From an uncultured Aquificales bacterium (GTDB lineage: Bacteria; Thermosulfidibacterota; Thermosulfidibacteria; Thermosulfidibacterales; B14-G1): a stretch of DNA of 33,719 nucleotides. The position numbers were made by a program, and so were the translations under genes. The notes beneath the pieces are model-generated. The model saw only the letters and a list, made by a program, of their open reading frames with translations. It did not search any database and had not been told where the DNA came from. This document shows, piece after piece, positions 1 through 10,519 of the stretch. The DNA is taken from the NCBI GenBank assembly GCA_964493535.1, contig CAZBOO010000002.1:1-33719 (forward strand), written 5' to 3'. Numbering within the stretch: the first letter of the stretch is position 1; each line of letters opens with the position of its first letter.

Positions 1-938
1 GTACCCCCTCCATCTTACCCCCTCCCCTGATAGAAGGTTTCCTCCTAAGCATAAGAGACCTGTTACCCTCCCCCCAAGAGTTCACCTTTGAGGCCAACCC
101 CGAATCCATCACTCGAGAAAAGCTGGAGCTCTTGCATCAAGGAAGAGTGACCAGACTAAGCATGGGGGCCCAAAGCTTCAACGATAAACATTTAAGGGTA
201 TTAGGAAGAATACACACGGCCAAAGAGGCCAGGGAAAAGGGGGAGATGGCCAGGGAGCACTTTGACAATCTCAGCATAGACCTCATCTTCGGCATTCCAG
301 GCCAATCGCCTCGAGACCTGGAGAAGGACATAGACACTGCACTGGCCCTGGAACCCGCCCACCTCTCGGCCTACAGCCTCACCTTAGAGGGAGACACTCC
401 TCTGGTCCGCAGGGTGGAAAGAGGAGAACTGATCATGCCCTCCGAGGACCAATGGCTGGAGATGTTCCGCCTCATCCCCAGGAAACTGGGCCTTCACGGC
501 TTCAGGCAATACGAGATCTCCAATTTCACTAAACCAAAGAGGGAGTGCCTTCACAACCTCATCTACTGGGAGAACGGGGAGTACCTGGGGATAGGGGCAT
601 CGGCTGTATCCCACCTGGAAGGTAACAGGCTCTTCAGGGAACGCAAACCCAGACGGTATGTGGAGCAGGTTCTAAATGGAAAATCTCCCGTGGTGGATGA
701 AGAGGACCTCTCCCCCTGGCGTAAGACCTTAGAGACAGCCATAGTGGGGCTTCGCACCACCAGGGGCATAGACCCCAAGGCTATAGAGGATAGATGGGGC
801 GCAGAAAAGGATCGGCTCGCAGAAAGGCTCCTGTGTCTGGGAGGGGAGGGGCTTCTGGAAAGAAAGGACAACCGCTGGCGCATCCCCGAGGAACTCCTGC
901 CCATGGCCAACGAGATCATGGCCAGAGTTCTGGAGTGA
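1..938 (+). CDS. hemW: Radical SAM heme chaperone / oxygen-independent coproporphyrinogen-III oxidase-like protein (HemW/HemN family); 5' end lies outside the window
   Basis: The frame of ORF 132..938 stays open back to nt 3. The extra residues read TPSILPPPLIEGFL...EFTFEANPESITREKLELL, followed by GRVTRLSMGAQSFNDKHLRVLGRIHT. These match the GGTPS, E-x-NP and G-x-NR-S-x-G-x-QSF / LGR-x-H blocks of the family. The TTG at 132 is an internal codon. Confidence 0.85.
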   Translation, partial: TPSILPPPLIEGFLLSIRDLLPSPQEFTFEANPESITREKLELLHQGRVTRLSMGAQSFNDKHLRVLGRIHTAKEAREKGEMAREHFDNLSIDLIFGIPGQSPRDLEKDIDTALALEPAHLSAYSLTLEGDTPLVRRVERGELIMPSEDQWLEMFRLIPRKLGLHGFRQYEISNFTKPKRECLHNLIYWENGEYLGIGASAVSHLEGNRLFRERKPRRYVEQVLNGKSPVVDEEDLSPWRKTLETAIVGLRTTRGIDPKAIEDRWGAEKDRLAERLLCLGGEGLLERKDNRWRIPEELLPMANEIMARVLE

Positions 939-1012
939 AAGGTTCCATAGCGGGAAAAAGAAGAAGGGGGCACCCAAAAAACCAGCCCCTCTTGCATGCT
1001 TGAAAGAACCGC

Positions 1013-1378
1013 CTACTTCTTCCCCTTGGCATAGAACCTCTCTTTCACCCGGGCGGCCTTGCCCATACGCTCCCGCAGATAGTAGAGCTTGGCCCTTCTC
1101 ACCTTGCCCCTGCGGGTGATCTCTACCTTCTCTAACCTGGGGGAATGGAAGGGAAAGGTCCTTTCTACACCCAGTCCCCTGGTGATCCGCCTCACCGTGA
1201 AGGTCCTTCTGTTCATGGCCCCTTGAAATCGGAGCACCACCCCCTCGAAGGGCTGAACCCTCTCCTTGTCCCCTTCCCGGATCCTGAAATAGACCTTGAT
1301 GGTATCGCCCACCTTAAAGTCGGGAAGGTCACTCCTCAGGTATCTGGATTCGATAGACCTGATGATCTCCTCGCTCAT
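1013..1378 (-). CDS. rplS: 50S ribosomal protein L19
   Basis: 121 aa. [30 protein letters not shown]...[11 protein letters not shown] is a typical L19 sequence. It is the last gene of the trmD operon and overlaps the upstream gene by 4 nt. Confidence 0.97.
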   Translation of the reverse strand: MSEEIIRSIESRYLRSDLPDFKVGDTIKVYFRIREGDKERVQPFEGVVLRFQGAMNRRTFTVRRITRGLGVERTFPFHSPRLEKVEITRRGKVRRAKLYYLRERMGKAARVKERFYAKGKK

Positions 1379-1956
1379 GGCTCCTTCCTCCCTACAAATA
1401 GCCTATCTAACACTATGGCCGCTGCACACCTCACCGACAGGTGATTGTAACGACCCATCCCTTTTATAGGCTCCAATAAATAATGGCAACCCCTTATCAC
1501 CTCTTGGGTTAATCCCCATCCCGTGCCCAGAACAACAACCACGGGACGCATACCATCTTGGATAACCCTCCCCAACTCCCGGTAAGGAACCCTTTTCCCC
1601 TCTTGCTCCCGGGCTGAGGTTGCCGCCAAAAGGGGGTCTTCCCCTTCCTCTTCCCTGATATCCTCCCTCATCTCCTCCAGAGAAGGGGAAACCCTCACCA
1701 ACTCCAAGGCCTCCCCTCTGTTGGGATTGTAGGTGGCCCCAAACCCTTCCTTCCAATGAGCGCATATACGGCCTATCATGGCCCTCTGGCTCTCCAAAGG
1801 CGTCACCATGTAAAAGGCCTTGCCGTCGTAGGTCTTCACCAAACGGGAGAGGTCATGAATATCCAGATTGGTGATGGAGGAAACCACTACCTCCCCTTCT
1901 TTGTTGTGAACGGGATAGTGAATCAAGGCCAGGTAGTACCTCAACTCTAAGCCCAT
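1375..1956 (-). CDS. SPOUT-type (knotted) SAM-dependent RNA methyltransferase-like protein, Tm1570-like / Methyltrn_RNA_4 family, substrate unknown
   Basis: 193 aa lying between trmD and rplS. Blocks [22 protein letters not shown] and [16 protein letters not shown] resemble the family found fused to or next to TrmD in Thermotoga-like genomes. It overlaps trmD by 10 nt and rplS by 4 nt. The family call is from memory, not a search. Confidence 0.65.
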   Translation of the reverse strand: MGLELRYYLALIHYPVHNKEGEVVVSSITNLDIHDLSRLVKTYDGKAFYMVTPLESQRAMIGRICAHWKEGFGATYNPNRGEALELVRVSPSLEEMREDIREEEGEDPLLAATSAREQEGKRVPYRELGRVIQDGMRPVVVVLGTGWGLTQEVIRGCHYLLEPIKGMGRYNHLSVRCAAAIVLDRLFVGRKEP

Positions 1957-2684
1957 GGATCTTCACCCCGAAGCACCATCTCTAAAAACCCCTTGTCCTC
2001 ATCCGTCAAGGGGGCTTTAGCCAAGAGATCCGGCCTTTTCTCCCAGGTCCTTTTCACCTGCTGGAACCTGCGCCATCGGGATATCTCACCGTGGTTACCT
2101 GAAAGGAGTACTTGTGGTACCCCTACCCCCCTGAACCGGGGAGGACGGGTGTACTGGGGATACTCCAACAACTGCCGGGAAAAACTCTCCTCCTCCAAGG
2201 ATTGGGAAGAACCCAAGGTTCCAGGAATGAGACGGGCCACAGCCTCTATGATCACCATGGCCGCCGACTCTCCTCCTGCCAAGATAAAGTCCCCCAAGGA
2301 AATCTCCCCCGTGAGATGGCTTTTCACCCTTTCGTCCACCCCCTCATACCTGCCGCAAACCAGAGCTACCGCCGGGAGACGGGCCAGACTTCCTGCAAGA
2401 CCCTGATGAAAGGTTGGCCCTTGAGGAGAAAGGAGGAAGCTCTCCAAGTGAGGTTCACGCTCCTTTATGCTTTCTACGGCGTGAATCAAAGGTTCAGGCT
2501 TCATCACCATCCCGGCACCGCCACCGTAAGGCTCGTCATCCACCGTACGATGCTTATCCGTGGTAAAGTCCCGGGGATCCACAGGAATGATTTCCAGAAG
2601 CCCCTTCTCCCCGGCCAGCTTCAAGATGCTGAAGTCCAAGGCCTTCACCACTTGGGGGAAGATGGTGACCACGTAGAACTTCAC
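1947..2684 (-). CDS. trmD: tRNA (guanine37-N1)-methyltransferase
   Basis: [13 protein letters not shown]...[14 protein letters not shown]...[11 protein letters not shown]...GDFILAGGE is classic TrmD. The ORF-track start at 2705 is TTG. GTG at 2684 gives the family-typical N-terminus and a GTGA overlap with the rimM stop. Confidence 0.93.
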   Translation of the reverse strand: MKFYVVTIFPQVVKALDFSILKLAGEKGLLEIIPVDPRDFTTDKHRTVDDEPYGGGAGMVMKPEPLIHAVESIKEREPHLESFLLSPQGPTFHQGLAGSLARLPAVALVCGRYEGVDERVKSHLTGEISLGDFILAGGESAAMVIIEAVARLIPGTLGSSQSLEEESFSRQLLEYPQYTRPPRFRGVGVPQVLLSGNHGEISRWRRFQQVKRTWEKRPDLLAKAPLTDEDKGFLEMVLRGEDPWA

Positions 2685-3187
2685 CTGAGACCCTCCAAAA
2701 GACAAACCACAACGCGTCCTTGTTCCAAGGAGATCTGCTTTATCACCTCTTTGACGGCGGGCAGAAGGACCTCTTCACCTTCCCTTCTCACCACATAGAC
2801 ATCATGACCCGCCGTCTCCATAATCTCCTCCAGAACCCCTAAGTACTCTCCCTCCTGGGTGTAGACATCCAGACCCAGGAGTTGATACCAATAAAATTCC
2901 CCCGGTTCCAAAGGCACCAACTCATCTATGGACACCTCCAAAGTTCCCCCAACCAACTCCTGGGCCGATTCTCTGTCTTCTACATCCCTGAACTTGATGA
3001 GAAGAAAGAGACCATGGGATCTTATAGCCTCTATCTCCAGCTTCCTGCGCTCATTCCCTCTCACCCAATAGACCCACTCCCTGTGCAACAGGTTATCCAG
3101 CACATCGGTAAGGAGTACGCCCCTCACCTCTCCCCGAGCACCATGGGGCTTGACTAAGCGGCTGAGGGCCACCCATTCTCTCTCCAT
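2681..3187 (-). CDS. rimM: 16S rRNA processing protein RimM
   Basis: VALSRLVKPHGARGEV... plus a C-terminal PRC-barrel-like region, in the position upstream of trmD. ATG at 3187 is preceded by GGGAGGG. The track start at 3199 is TTG. Confidence 0.88.
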   Translation of the reverse strand: MEREWVALSRLVKPHGARGEVRGVLLTDVLDNLLHREWVYWVRGNERRKLEIEAIRSHGLFLLIKFRDVEDRESAQELVGGTLEVSIDELVPLEPGEFYWYQLLGLDVYTQEGEYLGVLEEIMETAGHDVYVVRREGEEVLLPAVKEVIKQISLEQGRVVVCLLEGLR

Positions 3188-3210
3188 GGTCCCTCCCAAC
3201 CAACACAGAT

Positions 3211-3237
3211 AAAAAGAACGGGTCCCAAGACCCGTTC
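3211..3237 (-). terminator. Rho-independent terminator between the KH-protein gene and rimM
   Basis: The minus strand reads GAACGGGTC-ttgg-GACCCGTTC followed by TTTTT. This is a 9-bp perfect stem, a 4-nt loop and a T5 tail, 40 nt after the KH gene stop. Confidence 0.75.
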
Positions 3238-3276
3238 ACTCCACATAAAAAGTCCAGCCTCCAGGGGAATTAGAGC

Positions 3277-3510
3277 CTATTCCAGAATCTCCAGCACCGC
3301 CCTCTTGTTCCCTTTGGTAGCAGCTGCCGAAAGAATGGTCCTCATGGCCCTGGCCGTTCTTCCCTGCCGGCCTATCACCTTTCCGAGATCATCAGGGGCC
3401 ACCCTCAGCTCAATAACCATGGTCTTCTCGCCTTCTACTTCCACCACCTCCACCTTGTCAGGATTATCCACCAGCGCCTTGGCCATTTTCTCCACCAGTT
3501 CCTTCAACAT
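3277..3510 (-). CDS. KH-domain RNA-binding protein (UPF0109 / YlqC-like)
   Basis: [60 protein letters not shown] carries the GxxG KH motif (GRQG). ATG at 3510 lies 6 nt after GGAGGTG. The track start at 3519 is GTG. The position between rpsP and rimM is conserved. Confidence 0.85.
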   Translation of the reverse strand: MLKELVEKMAKALVDNPDKVEVVEVEGEKTMVIELRVAPDDLGKVIGRQGRTARAMRTILSAAATKGNKRAVLEILE

Positions 3511-3569
3511 GAACACCACCTCCGTTTAAAATCTTCCCTTTCCCCAGGGAGACCGGAACTATGACCCTA

Positions 3570-3806
3570 CTACATCCCGGCCAGTTTCAGAACCGCCTTG
3601 GCCTGACCCGTAGGCTGAGCCCCCTTCCCCATCCACGCCTTGGCGCGATCCAGGTCAACCTTCACTTGGGGAGGATCGGTTAGGGGATTATAGTAGCCCA
3701 GGATCTCTAAAGCCCGCCCATCGGCAGGGGCACGAACATCGGCCACCACTATACGATAGAAGGGTTTCTTTTTAGCACCCATGCGCATCAGTCGGATCTT
3801 TACCAC
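3570..3806 (-). CDS. rpsP: 30S ribosomal protein S16
   Basis: (M/V)[30 protein letters not shown]...GYYNP is canonical S16. The start is GTG, preceded by AGGTGA. Confidence 0.97.
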   Translation of the reverse strand: MVKIRLMRMGAKKKPFYRIVVADVRAPADGRALEILGYYNPLTDPPQVKVDLDRAKAWMGKGAQPTGQAKAVLKLAGM

Positions 3807-3818
3807 TCTCTCACCTCC

Positions 3819-5180
3819 CTACTGGAACATATTCATGAAATCAGACCCGAAAGGGGTATTCTTCATCTTCTTGGCCATCTTTCCTCTACCGCCCTTCTTA
3901 GCTCCCTTCATCATCTTTTGCATTTGGGCATACTGTTTTAACACCCGGTTCACCTCTTGAACAGAGGTGCCGCTTCCCCGGGCGATCCGCCTCTTACGGC
4001 TGGAATTGATGATAACCGGCCTCTTTCTCTCATGAGATGTCATGGAATTGATAACAGCCTCCATTCTGTCTACCTGCTTATCGTCTATCCTCACCTGTTT
4101 CAAGGCATCCTTCATACCTCCCATTCCTGGGAGCATTTTGATGATCTGGTCAATGGACCCCATCTTTCTTAAACCCTTAAGATGCTCCCGGAAATCCTCT
4201 AAGGTAAAGGTGCCCTTCACCAGCCGCTCTTGCAGTTGCTGGGCCTCCTTTTCAGAAAAGGCCCGCTCGGCCTTCTCGATGAGGCTGAGCACATCCCCCA
4301 TCCCCAAGATCCGGGAAGCCATGCGATCGGGATGGAAGGGCTCCAGTTGATCCACCTTCTCCCCCACACCCACGAGCTTCACGGGACAACCTGTGACTGC
4401 CTTGATGGAAAGGGCGGCACCCCCCCGGGCATCGCCCTCCATTTTGGTCAGGACCACCCCGGTAAGGTCCAGACGTTGATGGAAGGTATTGGCCACATTG
4501 GCCGCCTCTTGACCCGTCATGGCGTCAGCCACCAAGAGGATCTCTCGAGGCAGAACCCTTGCCTTGATCTCCTCCAACTCCCTCATCAGGGATGCATCTA
4601 TATGGAGGCGGCCCGCCGTATCCATGATCACCACGTCCACGCCCTGTTCCCTGGCCCTTTCCATGGCATGGGCACAGATGGTCACGGGATCTCCCTCCTC
4701 ATGGAAGACCTCCACCCCAATCTCTTTTCCCAGGATAACCAGCTGATCCACGGCGGCAGGGCGGTATATATCGGCAGCCACCAGGAGAGGCCACTTACCC
4801 TCCTTTTTTAACATCACAGCCAGTTTAGCCGCAGAGGTGGTCTTACCGGAACCCTGAAGCCCCACCATCATGATGCCTGTGGGGGGTCGGGGAGAGAACT
4901 GGAGACCCTCATGGCTTCCCCCCAAGAGATCCTGGACCTCCTCGGAAACCACCTTGATCACCTCTTGGGTAGGGGTGAGGCCGCCCCGAACCTCTCTGCC
5001 CACCAGCTTATCCCGGAGACTATCAGTAAACCGGCGTACCACCTGGATATGGACATCAGCCTCCAAAAGGGCCAAGCGGATCTCCCTCAGGGTAGCGTCC
5101 ACCTCTTTATCGGTAATCCGGGACTTGCCTTTAAACTTCCCCAGGATTCCCTGGATCCTCTCCGACAGGGAATCAAACAT
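3819..5180 (-). CDS. ffh: Signal recognition particle protein Ffh
   Basis: [10 protein letters not shown]..., the GTPase motifs [14 protein letters not shown] and TKMEGD, and a Met-rich M domain (MLPGMGGM...MQKMMK). ATG at 5180 gives the standard MFDSL start. The track begins two codons earlier at a GTG. Confidence 0.97.
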   Translation of the reverse strand: MFDSLSERIQGILGKFKGKSRITDKEVDATLREIRLALLEADVHIQVVRRFTDSLRDKLVGREVRGGLTPTQEVIKVVSEEVQDLLGGSHEGLQFSPRPPTGIMMVGLQGSGKTTSAAKLAVMLKKEGKWPLLVAADIYRPAAVDQLVILGKEIGVEVFHEEGDPVTICAHAMERAREQGVDVVIMDTAGRLHIDASLMRELEEIKARVLPREILLVADAMTGQEAANVANTFHQRLDLTGVVLTKMEGDARGGAALSIKAVTGCPVKLVGVGEKVDQLEPFHPDRMASRILGMGDVLSLIEKAERAFSEKEAQQLQERLVKGTFTLEDFREHLKGLRKMGSIDQIIKMLPGMGGMKDALKQVRIDDKQVDRMEAVINSMTSHERKRPVIINSSRKRRIARGSGTSVQEVNRVLKQYAQMQKMMKGAKKGGRGKMAKKMKNTPFGSDFMNMFQ

Positions 5181-5335
5181 ATACACCTCTCCTCTCTTGG
5201 GTAGGCTCCTGTTAATCTATCCAATATACCCTGTCAAGGGAAGAATCCTCAGAATATGCCGAGAAAGGGCTGAACAGTTGCCTTAACAGGCAAGCTTTGC
5301 TACTCTCCCTGGCAAAACCCAGGAGAAAGCTGAAA

Positions 5336-8300
5336 GTGCCCAAACGCACAGACATAGAAAAGATCCTCATCATCGGCTCGGGTCCCATTATCATCGGTCA
5401 GGCCTGTGAGTTTGACTACTCGGGGACCCAAGCCTGCAAGGTACTAAAGGAAGATGGCTTCAATATTGTACTGGTGAACTCCAATCCCGCCACCATCATG
5501 ACGGACCCAGAAATGGCCCATCGCACCTATATCGAGCCCATCACCCCGGAGATAGTGGCCAAGGTCATAGAAAAAGAGCATCCCCAGGCCTTGCTTCCTA
5601 CCTTAGGGGGACAGACTGCCCTCAATACCGCTGTGGCCCTGGCAGAAGAGGGTGTGCTGGACGCCCACAATGTAGAGCTTATTGGGGCCAAGCTCCCCGC
5701 CATCAAAAAGGCCGAAGACCGGGATCTCTTCAAACAGGCCATGGAAAACATCGGATTAGAGGTGCCCCAAAGCGGCTATGCCCATTCCATGGCAGAAGCC
5801 AAAGAGATCATAAAAGACCTGGGCTTCCCCGTAATCATCAGACCCAGTTTCACCCTGGGGGGCACAGGGGGCTCGGTGGCCTATAACGTAAAGGAATTCG
5901 AAGAGAAGGTGGAGTGGGGCCTCAACGCCTCCCCCTTCCATGAAGTCCTTGTGGAAGAACCGGTGATGGGATGGAAGGAGTTTGAGCTGGAGGTGATGAG
6001 GGATCTGAAGGACAATGTGGTTATCGTATGCTCCATCGAAAACTTTGATCCCATGGGCGTCCATACGGGAGACTCCATCACCGTAGCCCCCGCCCAAACC
6101 CTCACCGATAAGGAGTATCAGATCATGAGGGACGCCGCCATAGCCATCATCCGGGAGATCGGTGTAGAGACCGGTGGCAGTAACATCCAGTTCGCTGTTA
6201 ATCCTGAGGATGGGCGCATGGTGGTCATCGAAATGAATCCCCGGGTGAGCCGTTCCTCGGCTTTGGCCAGCAAAGCCACAGGCTTCCCCATCGCCAAGAT
6301 CGCTGCAGAACTGGCCGTGGGCTACACATTGGACGAGATACCCAACGATATCACTAAGAAAACCCCCGCCTGCTTCGAGCCCACCATAGACTATTGCGTA
6401 GTGAAGATACCCCGGTTCACCTTCGAGAAGTTCCCCGAGGCCGAAGCCACCCTCACCACCCAGATGAAGTCCGTGGGGGAGGTGATGGCCATCGGTCGCA
6501 CCTTCAAAGAGTCCCTACAAAAGGCCGTACGTTCCTTAGAGATTGACCGCTACGGGTTTCAAAGGGAGAAAGACTCCCGCCGGGCTGATGGCACCTGGAA
6601 TCTGAAAACCATTGAGCAACGCCTGAAAACCCCCTGTTGGAACCGTCTCTGGTACCTGGCAGACGCCTTCCGGGCAGGGATGGAGATGGGCGGCGAGATT
6701 TATGAAATCACCGCCATAGATCCCTGGTTCTTAGACAACCTCAGGGAAGTAATAGAGGCTGAAGAGGAAATGAAGAGCCTCCCCTGGGAAAACCTGGAAG
6801 CCCGGGACATCCGGGAAGCCAAGAGGATGGGCTTCTCCGACGTACGTCTGGCCCAGCTCTTCGGGGTAAAGGAGGAAAAGATAAGGGGAAAAAGGGAGTC
6901 CCTGGGCATCAAACCCGTCTTCAAGAGCGTGGACACCTGCGCCGCCGAGTTCGAGGCCTATACCCCTTATTTCTACTCCACTTACGAAAACGCCTCGGAA
7001 CACCCCCTGGGTGAAAAAGAAAAGGTGATCATCCTGGGGAGCGGGCCCAACCGGATCGGTCAGGGGATAGAGTTTGACTACTGCTGTGTCCACAGCGTTT
7101 TCGCCATCAAAGAGATGGGCTGTGAAGCCATTATGGTCAACTGCAACCCTGAAACGGTGTCCACAGACTATGACACCTCCGACCGCCTCTACTTTGAACC
7201 CCTCACCTTAGAGGACACCTTAGCTATTATTGAGGCTGAAGATCCCAAAGGGGTGATCGTCCAATTTGGAGGACAGACCCCCCTGAAGCTGGCCATCTCC
7301 CTGGAAAAAGCCGGGGTGCCCATTTTGGGAACCAGCCCCGACAGCATAGATACAGCGGAAGACCGGGAGCGGTTCCGCCAGATCTTAGAGAAACTCCAAC
7401 TCCACCAACCCCCCAACGCCACGGCCACTTCCATAGAGGAAGCCCTGAAAATAGCAGAGAAAATCGGTTATCCTGTGCTGGTCAGGCCCTCCTATGTCTT
7501 AGGGGGACGGGCCATGGAAATAGTGCACTCCCATGAAGACCTGCACCATTACATGACCTATGCTGTGGAGGCCTCCTTTGAACACCCCGTTCTGGTAGAC
7601 AAGTTCCTTCAAGACGCTGTGGAGATCGATGTAGACGCCGTGTCAGATGGGGAAGAGGTCTTTGTCGCAGGTATCATGGAGCACATAGAACAGGCCGGGG
7701 TCCATTCGGGAGATTCGGCCTGCTCCCTCCCCCCCTATGAATTGGATGAGGAACTCATCCAGGAAATCAAGCGCCAGACCACGGCCCTGGCCTTGGAACT
7801 GAACGTCATAGGACTTATCAACATTCAATACGCCATCCAAGACAGTCAGATCCATGTCTTAGAGGTGAATCCCAGGGCCAGCCGAACGGTACCCTTTGTG
7901 AGCAAGGCCATAGGTATTCCCTTAGCCAAGGTGGCCACCCAGGTTATGCTGGGCAAGAAGCTCAAGGACTTTGGACTGCCCCGGGATCTGGATATCCACC
8001 ATATAGCCGTAAAAGAGGCGGTTTTCCCCTTCATCAAGTTCCCCGGGGTAGACACCGTTCTGAGTCCGGAGATGAAATCCACAGGGGAAGTTATGGGTAT
8101 AGACCGGGAGTTTGGCATCGCCTTTGCCAAGGCCCAGGAAGCAGCAGGCAACACTCTTCCCCTGAAAGGCGCTGTCTTTATCAGCGTAAAAGATGAAGAC
8201 AAGCCCATGGGGGTTCCCATAGCCCGAAAGTTGGAGCAGGTGGGTTTCCAGATAGTAGCTACAAAGGGAACGGCCCTCTATCTCTCAAAACACGGGGTGA

Positions 8301-8578
8301 AAGCCACGAGGGTCTACAAAGTCCAGGAGGGGCGACCCCACGTGGTGGACCACATGATCTCGGGGGATATCCAGATGGTCATCAACACCCCCTTGGGAGG
8401 AACAGCCCAGAAGGACTCCTATCACATCCGACGCACGGCCCTGACAAATGGCATTCCCTATTTCACCACCACCAGGGGGGCCATGGCCGCCGCCGAAGGC
8501 ATCGAGGCACTCAAAAAAGGCCGCTTGGACGTGGCCCCCCTGCAAGAGTACCACGCAGCGGTGGTGGGGAAGGTTTAG
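5336..8578 (+). CDS. carB: Carbamoyl-phosphate synthase large subunit
   Basis: [32 protein letters not shown]..., duplicated ATP-grasp halves (second half [24 protein letters not shown]) and a C-terminal MGS-like domain. GTG at 5336 lies 9 nt after AGGAGA and gives the family N-terminus. The track TTG at 5297 adds 13 non-conserved residues. No carA is present in the window. Confidence 0.96.
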   Translation: MPKRTDIEKILIIGSGPIIIGQACEFDYSGTQACKVLKEDGFNIVLVNSNPATIMTDPEMAHRTYIEPITPEIVAKVIEKEHPQALLPTLGGQTALNTAVALAEEGVLDAHNVELIGAKLPAIKKAEDRDLFKQAMENIGLEVPQSGYAHSMAEAKEIIKDLGFPVIIRPSFTLGGTGGSVAYNVKEFEEKVEWGLNASPFHEVLVEEPVMGWKEFELEVMRDLKDNVVIVCSIENFDPMGVHTGDSITVAPAQTLTDKEYQIMRDAAIAIIREIGVETGGSNIQFAVNPEDGRMVVIEMNPRVSRSSALASKATGFPIAKIAAELAVGYTLDEIPNDITKKTPACFEPTIDYCVVKIPRFTFEKFPEAEATLTTQMKSVGEVMAIGRTFKESLQKAVRSLEIDRYGFQREKDSRRADGTWNLKTIEQRLKTPCWNRLWYLADAFRAGMEMGGEIYEITAIDPWFLDNLREVIEAEEEMKSLPWENLEARDIREAKRMGFSDVRLAQLFGVKEEKIRGKRESLGIKPVFKSVDTCAAEFEAYTPYFYSTYENASEHPLGEKEKVIILGSGPNRIGQGIEFDYCCVHSVFAIKEMGCEAIMVNCNPETVSTDYDTSDRLYFEPLTLEDTLAIIEAEDPKGVIVQFGGQTPLKLAISLEKAGVPILGTSPDSIDTAEDRERFRQILEKLQLHQPPNATATSIEEALKIAEKIGYPVLVRPSYVLGGRAMEIVHSHEDLHHYMTYAVEASFEHPVLVDKFLQDAVEIDVDAVSDGEEVFVAGIMEHIEQAGVHSGDSACSLPPYELDEELIQEIKRQTTALALELNVIGLINIQYAIQDSQIHVLEVNPRASRTVPFVSKAIGIPLAKVATQVMLGKKLKDFGLPRDLDIHHIAVKEAVFPFIKFPGVDTVLSPEMKSTGEVMGIDREFGIAFAKAQEAAGNTLPLKGAVFISVKDEDKPMGVPIARKLEQVGFQIVATKGTALYLSKHGVKATRVYKVQEGRPHVVDHMISGDIQMVINTPLGGTAQKDSYHIRRTALTNGIPYFTTTRGAMAAAEGIEALKKGRLDVAPLQEYHAAVVGKV

Positions 8579-8661
8579 GTTCAACCCTTTTGAAGTGGCC
8601 TACCCCTGGAAAAGGTCAAAAGAGCAAAATTCAATGGTAGACCCCAATTCGGAGGGCAACC

Positions 8662-9642
8662 ATGGCAAAACCCAAGGTGCTGGTGACATGGCCTTATCTT
8701 TTCCCCGAGGCCGATGAACTTTTACGGCAGGAGACAAAAGCCACTTACCACAGAGAAGAGAGGCCCATGACCCGCCAGGAACTGATGGAGGCCATTGCCG
8801 ACAAGGAAGGCCTTTTGTGCATGCTCTTCGATAGAATAAACGGTGAGGCTATGGATGCCGCTCCCAGACTCAAGGTTATCAGCAACCTGGGCGCAGGTCT
8901 GGACAACATAGACATAGAGGCCGCCACCCAACGGGGCATGGCGGTAACCCACACCCCTGGGATCCTCACGGAGGCCACGGCGGATCTGGGATGGGCACTC
9001 CTCATGGCCACGACCCGCCTCATTCCCCAGGCCTACAACTTCACCAGAGAGGGACGGTTCATAGGCCTAAGGTACCACCTTTTTCTGGGCAAGGACCTGG
9101 TGGGCAAGACCCTGGGCATCTACGGCATGGGCAGAATAGGCACGGCCCTGGCTCGAAGGGCCAAAGGATTCAAAATGAGAATCATCTACCACAACCGTCA
9201 TCCCAATCCTCAAGGGGAAGAGGTAACGGGGGCCCGATACGTCTCCTTCCAGAGGCTTCTGATAGAAAGCGACTTTCTGGTCATCGTGGCTCCCCTAACA
9301 TCTGAAACTCAAGGACGCTTTGGCTTAGAGGAGTTCCGCCAGATGAAGAAGGACGCCATACTCATAAACATAGGCCGGGGACCCATCGTAAAGGAGAGGG
9401 AACTGGTCCAGGTCTTAAAAGAGGGCCTCATCTGGGGAGCAGGGCTGGACGTTTACGAGAGAGAACCGGAGATAGAGGAAGACCTCTTAGAGCTGGACCA
9501 GGTAGTCCTCCTGCCCCACATAGGCTCTGCCGCTGCAGAAACCCGCTCGGCCATGGCCCTGGTGGCAACCCAGGATCTGGTCCTGGTCCTCAAGGGCAAA
9601 AGACCCCAACACTCGCCCAACTGGGATAAGATAAAGGGTTAA
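8662..9642 (+). CDS. D-isomer-specific 2-hydroxyacid dehydrogenase (glyoxylate/hydroxypyruvate reductase type)
   Basis: 326 aa. NAD fold GIYGMGRIGTALARRA, the catalytic-region blocks INIGRGPIV..E and PHIGSAA, and RBS GGAGGG upstream. Confidence 0.85.
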   Translation: MAKPKVLVTWPYLFPEADELLRQETKATYHREERPMTRQELMEAIADKEGLLCMLFDRINGEAMDAAPRLKVISNLGAGLDNIDIEAATQRGMAVTHTPGILTEATADLGWALLMATTRLIPQAYNFTREGRFIGLRYHLFLGKDLVGKTLGIYGMGRIGTALARRAKGFKMRIIYHNRHPNPQGEEVTGARYVSFQRLLIESDFLVIVAPLTSETQGRFGLEEFRQMKKDAILINIGRGPIVKERELVQVLKEGLIWGAGLDVYEREPEIEEDLLELDQVVLLPHIGSAAAETRSAMALVATQDLVLVLKGKRPQHSPNWDKIKG

Positions 9643-9649
9643 AAATCCT

Positions 9650-10387
9650 TCACCACCCCCTCACAGCCACGGAGTTAGTGAGCTTGCCGATACCTTCTAT
9701 CTCCACCTCCACCTTGTCCCCTGGGGAGAGGGACCCCACCCCGGGAGGAGTGCCCGTTGCGATGACGTCCCCTGGCTCTAAGGTCATGATACAGGAGATG
9801 AAGCTGATTAGATGGGGCACATCAAAGATCAAGTCTGAGGTGTTACCTCCCTGGACCACCTGGCCGTTGAGACAGGCCCGAATATTCAGGGAAGAGGGAT
9901 CCAAACAGGTCTCCATCCATGGGCCAAGGACGGCAAAGGTATCAAAACCCTTGGCCCGGGCGAAGAGACCATCCTTGCTCTGCAAATCCCGAGCCGTCAC
10001 ATCATTGAAACACGTATAACCCATGACGTAGTCCAGGGCTTCTTCCAGAGAAACCCCTCGAGCCCTCTTTCCGATAACCACCCCCATCTCCCCTTCATAA
10101 TCCACCCTCTGGGACATAGCGGGCAAAAGAATGGTGTCGCCATGTCCAATCACAGCCGAGGGAGGCTTGAGAAAGATGAGGGGCTCCGGGGGCAGGGGTT
10201 TCTTCATCTCAGCAGCATGAGCCCTGTAGTTCAGGGCCAAAGCCACGATCTTACCAGGCCTAACCGGAGGCAAAGTCTGAAGCTCCCCCACATCATAAAA
10301 GCCCCTACCCTCCAAGGGATAGACTCTATCTTCTTCCACCACTCCCCTAAATGCCCTGTCCCCAAACTTGAAAATACCCAGCTTCAA
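9650..10387 (-). CDS. Fumarylacetoacetate hydrolase (FAH) family protein (2-keto-4-pentenoate hydratase / oxaloacetate decarboxylase-like)
   Basis: 245 aa. [10 protein letters not shown]...[13 protein letters not shown]...[12 protein letters not shown]...TGTPPGVG are typical FAH-fold metal and substrate motifs. It is convergent with the dehydrogenase, with 7 nt between the stops. Confidence 0.85.
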   Translation of the reverse strand: MKLGIFKFGDRAFRGVVEEDRVYPLEGRGFYDVGELQTLPPVRPGKIVALALNYRAHAAEMKKPLPPEPLIFLKPPSAVIGHGDTILLPAMSQRVDYEGEMGVVIGKRARGVSLEEALDYVMGYTCFNDVTARDLQSKDGLFARAKGFDTFAVLGPWMETCLDPSSLNIRACLNGQVVQGGNTSDLIFDVPHLISFISCIMTLEPGDVIATGTPPGVGSLSPGDKVEVEIEGIGKLTNSVAVRGW

Positions 10388-10438
10388 TGGCCTACCTCCC
10401 AGGTTTTTCTTTTTCCTACCAAAATCCCCTGGGTAATG

Positions 10439-10461
10439 AAACGGGAAGTTTGGTTCCGTTT
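10439..10461. promoter_or_regulatory. Imperfect inverted repeat (AAACGG(G)AA-N6-TTCCGTTT), candidate operator in the FAH / XRE-cupin divergent region
   Basis: Read directly from the sequence. It has 8 paired positions with one bulged G and lies just upstream of a -35-like TTGACA. Confidence 0.3.
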
Positions 10462-10472
10462 AAGTCCTTTCC

Positions 10473-10502
10473 TTGACACCAAAAAGGGGCTTTAGTAAAA
10501 AT
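10473..10502 (+). promoter_or_regulatory. Sigma70-like promoter for the XRE-cupin regulator / beta-oxidation cluster
   Basis: TTGACA (10473-10478), a 17-nt spacer, then TAAAAAT (10496-10502), followed by AAGGGGG and ATG at 10520. Confidence 0.35.
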
Positions 10503-10519
10503 GCAAGGGGGTTTTAAGC

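Noticed and set aside
939-1012. A hairpin between convergent hemW and rplS (AAGA(A)GGGGGC ... AGCCCCTCTT).
   Set aside because: The stem is imperfect, needs a bulge and has a long A-rich loop. It is not strong enough to call a terminator with any confidence.
5187-5335. A possible pyrimidine (PyrR-type) attenuator or other leader upstream of carB; also the small ORF 5212..5394(-).
   Set aside because: I could not find the PyrR binding-loop consensus or a terminator/antiterminator pair, only a 5-bp stem (TTGCC/GGCAA). The minus-strand ORF has no RBS and overlaps the carB start. The absence of carA in the window is noted, but split carA/carB loci are common.
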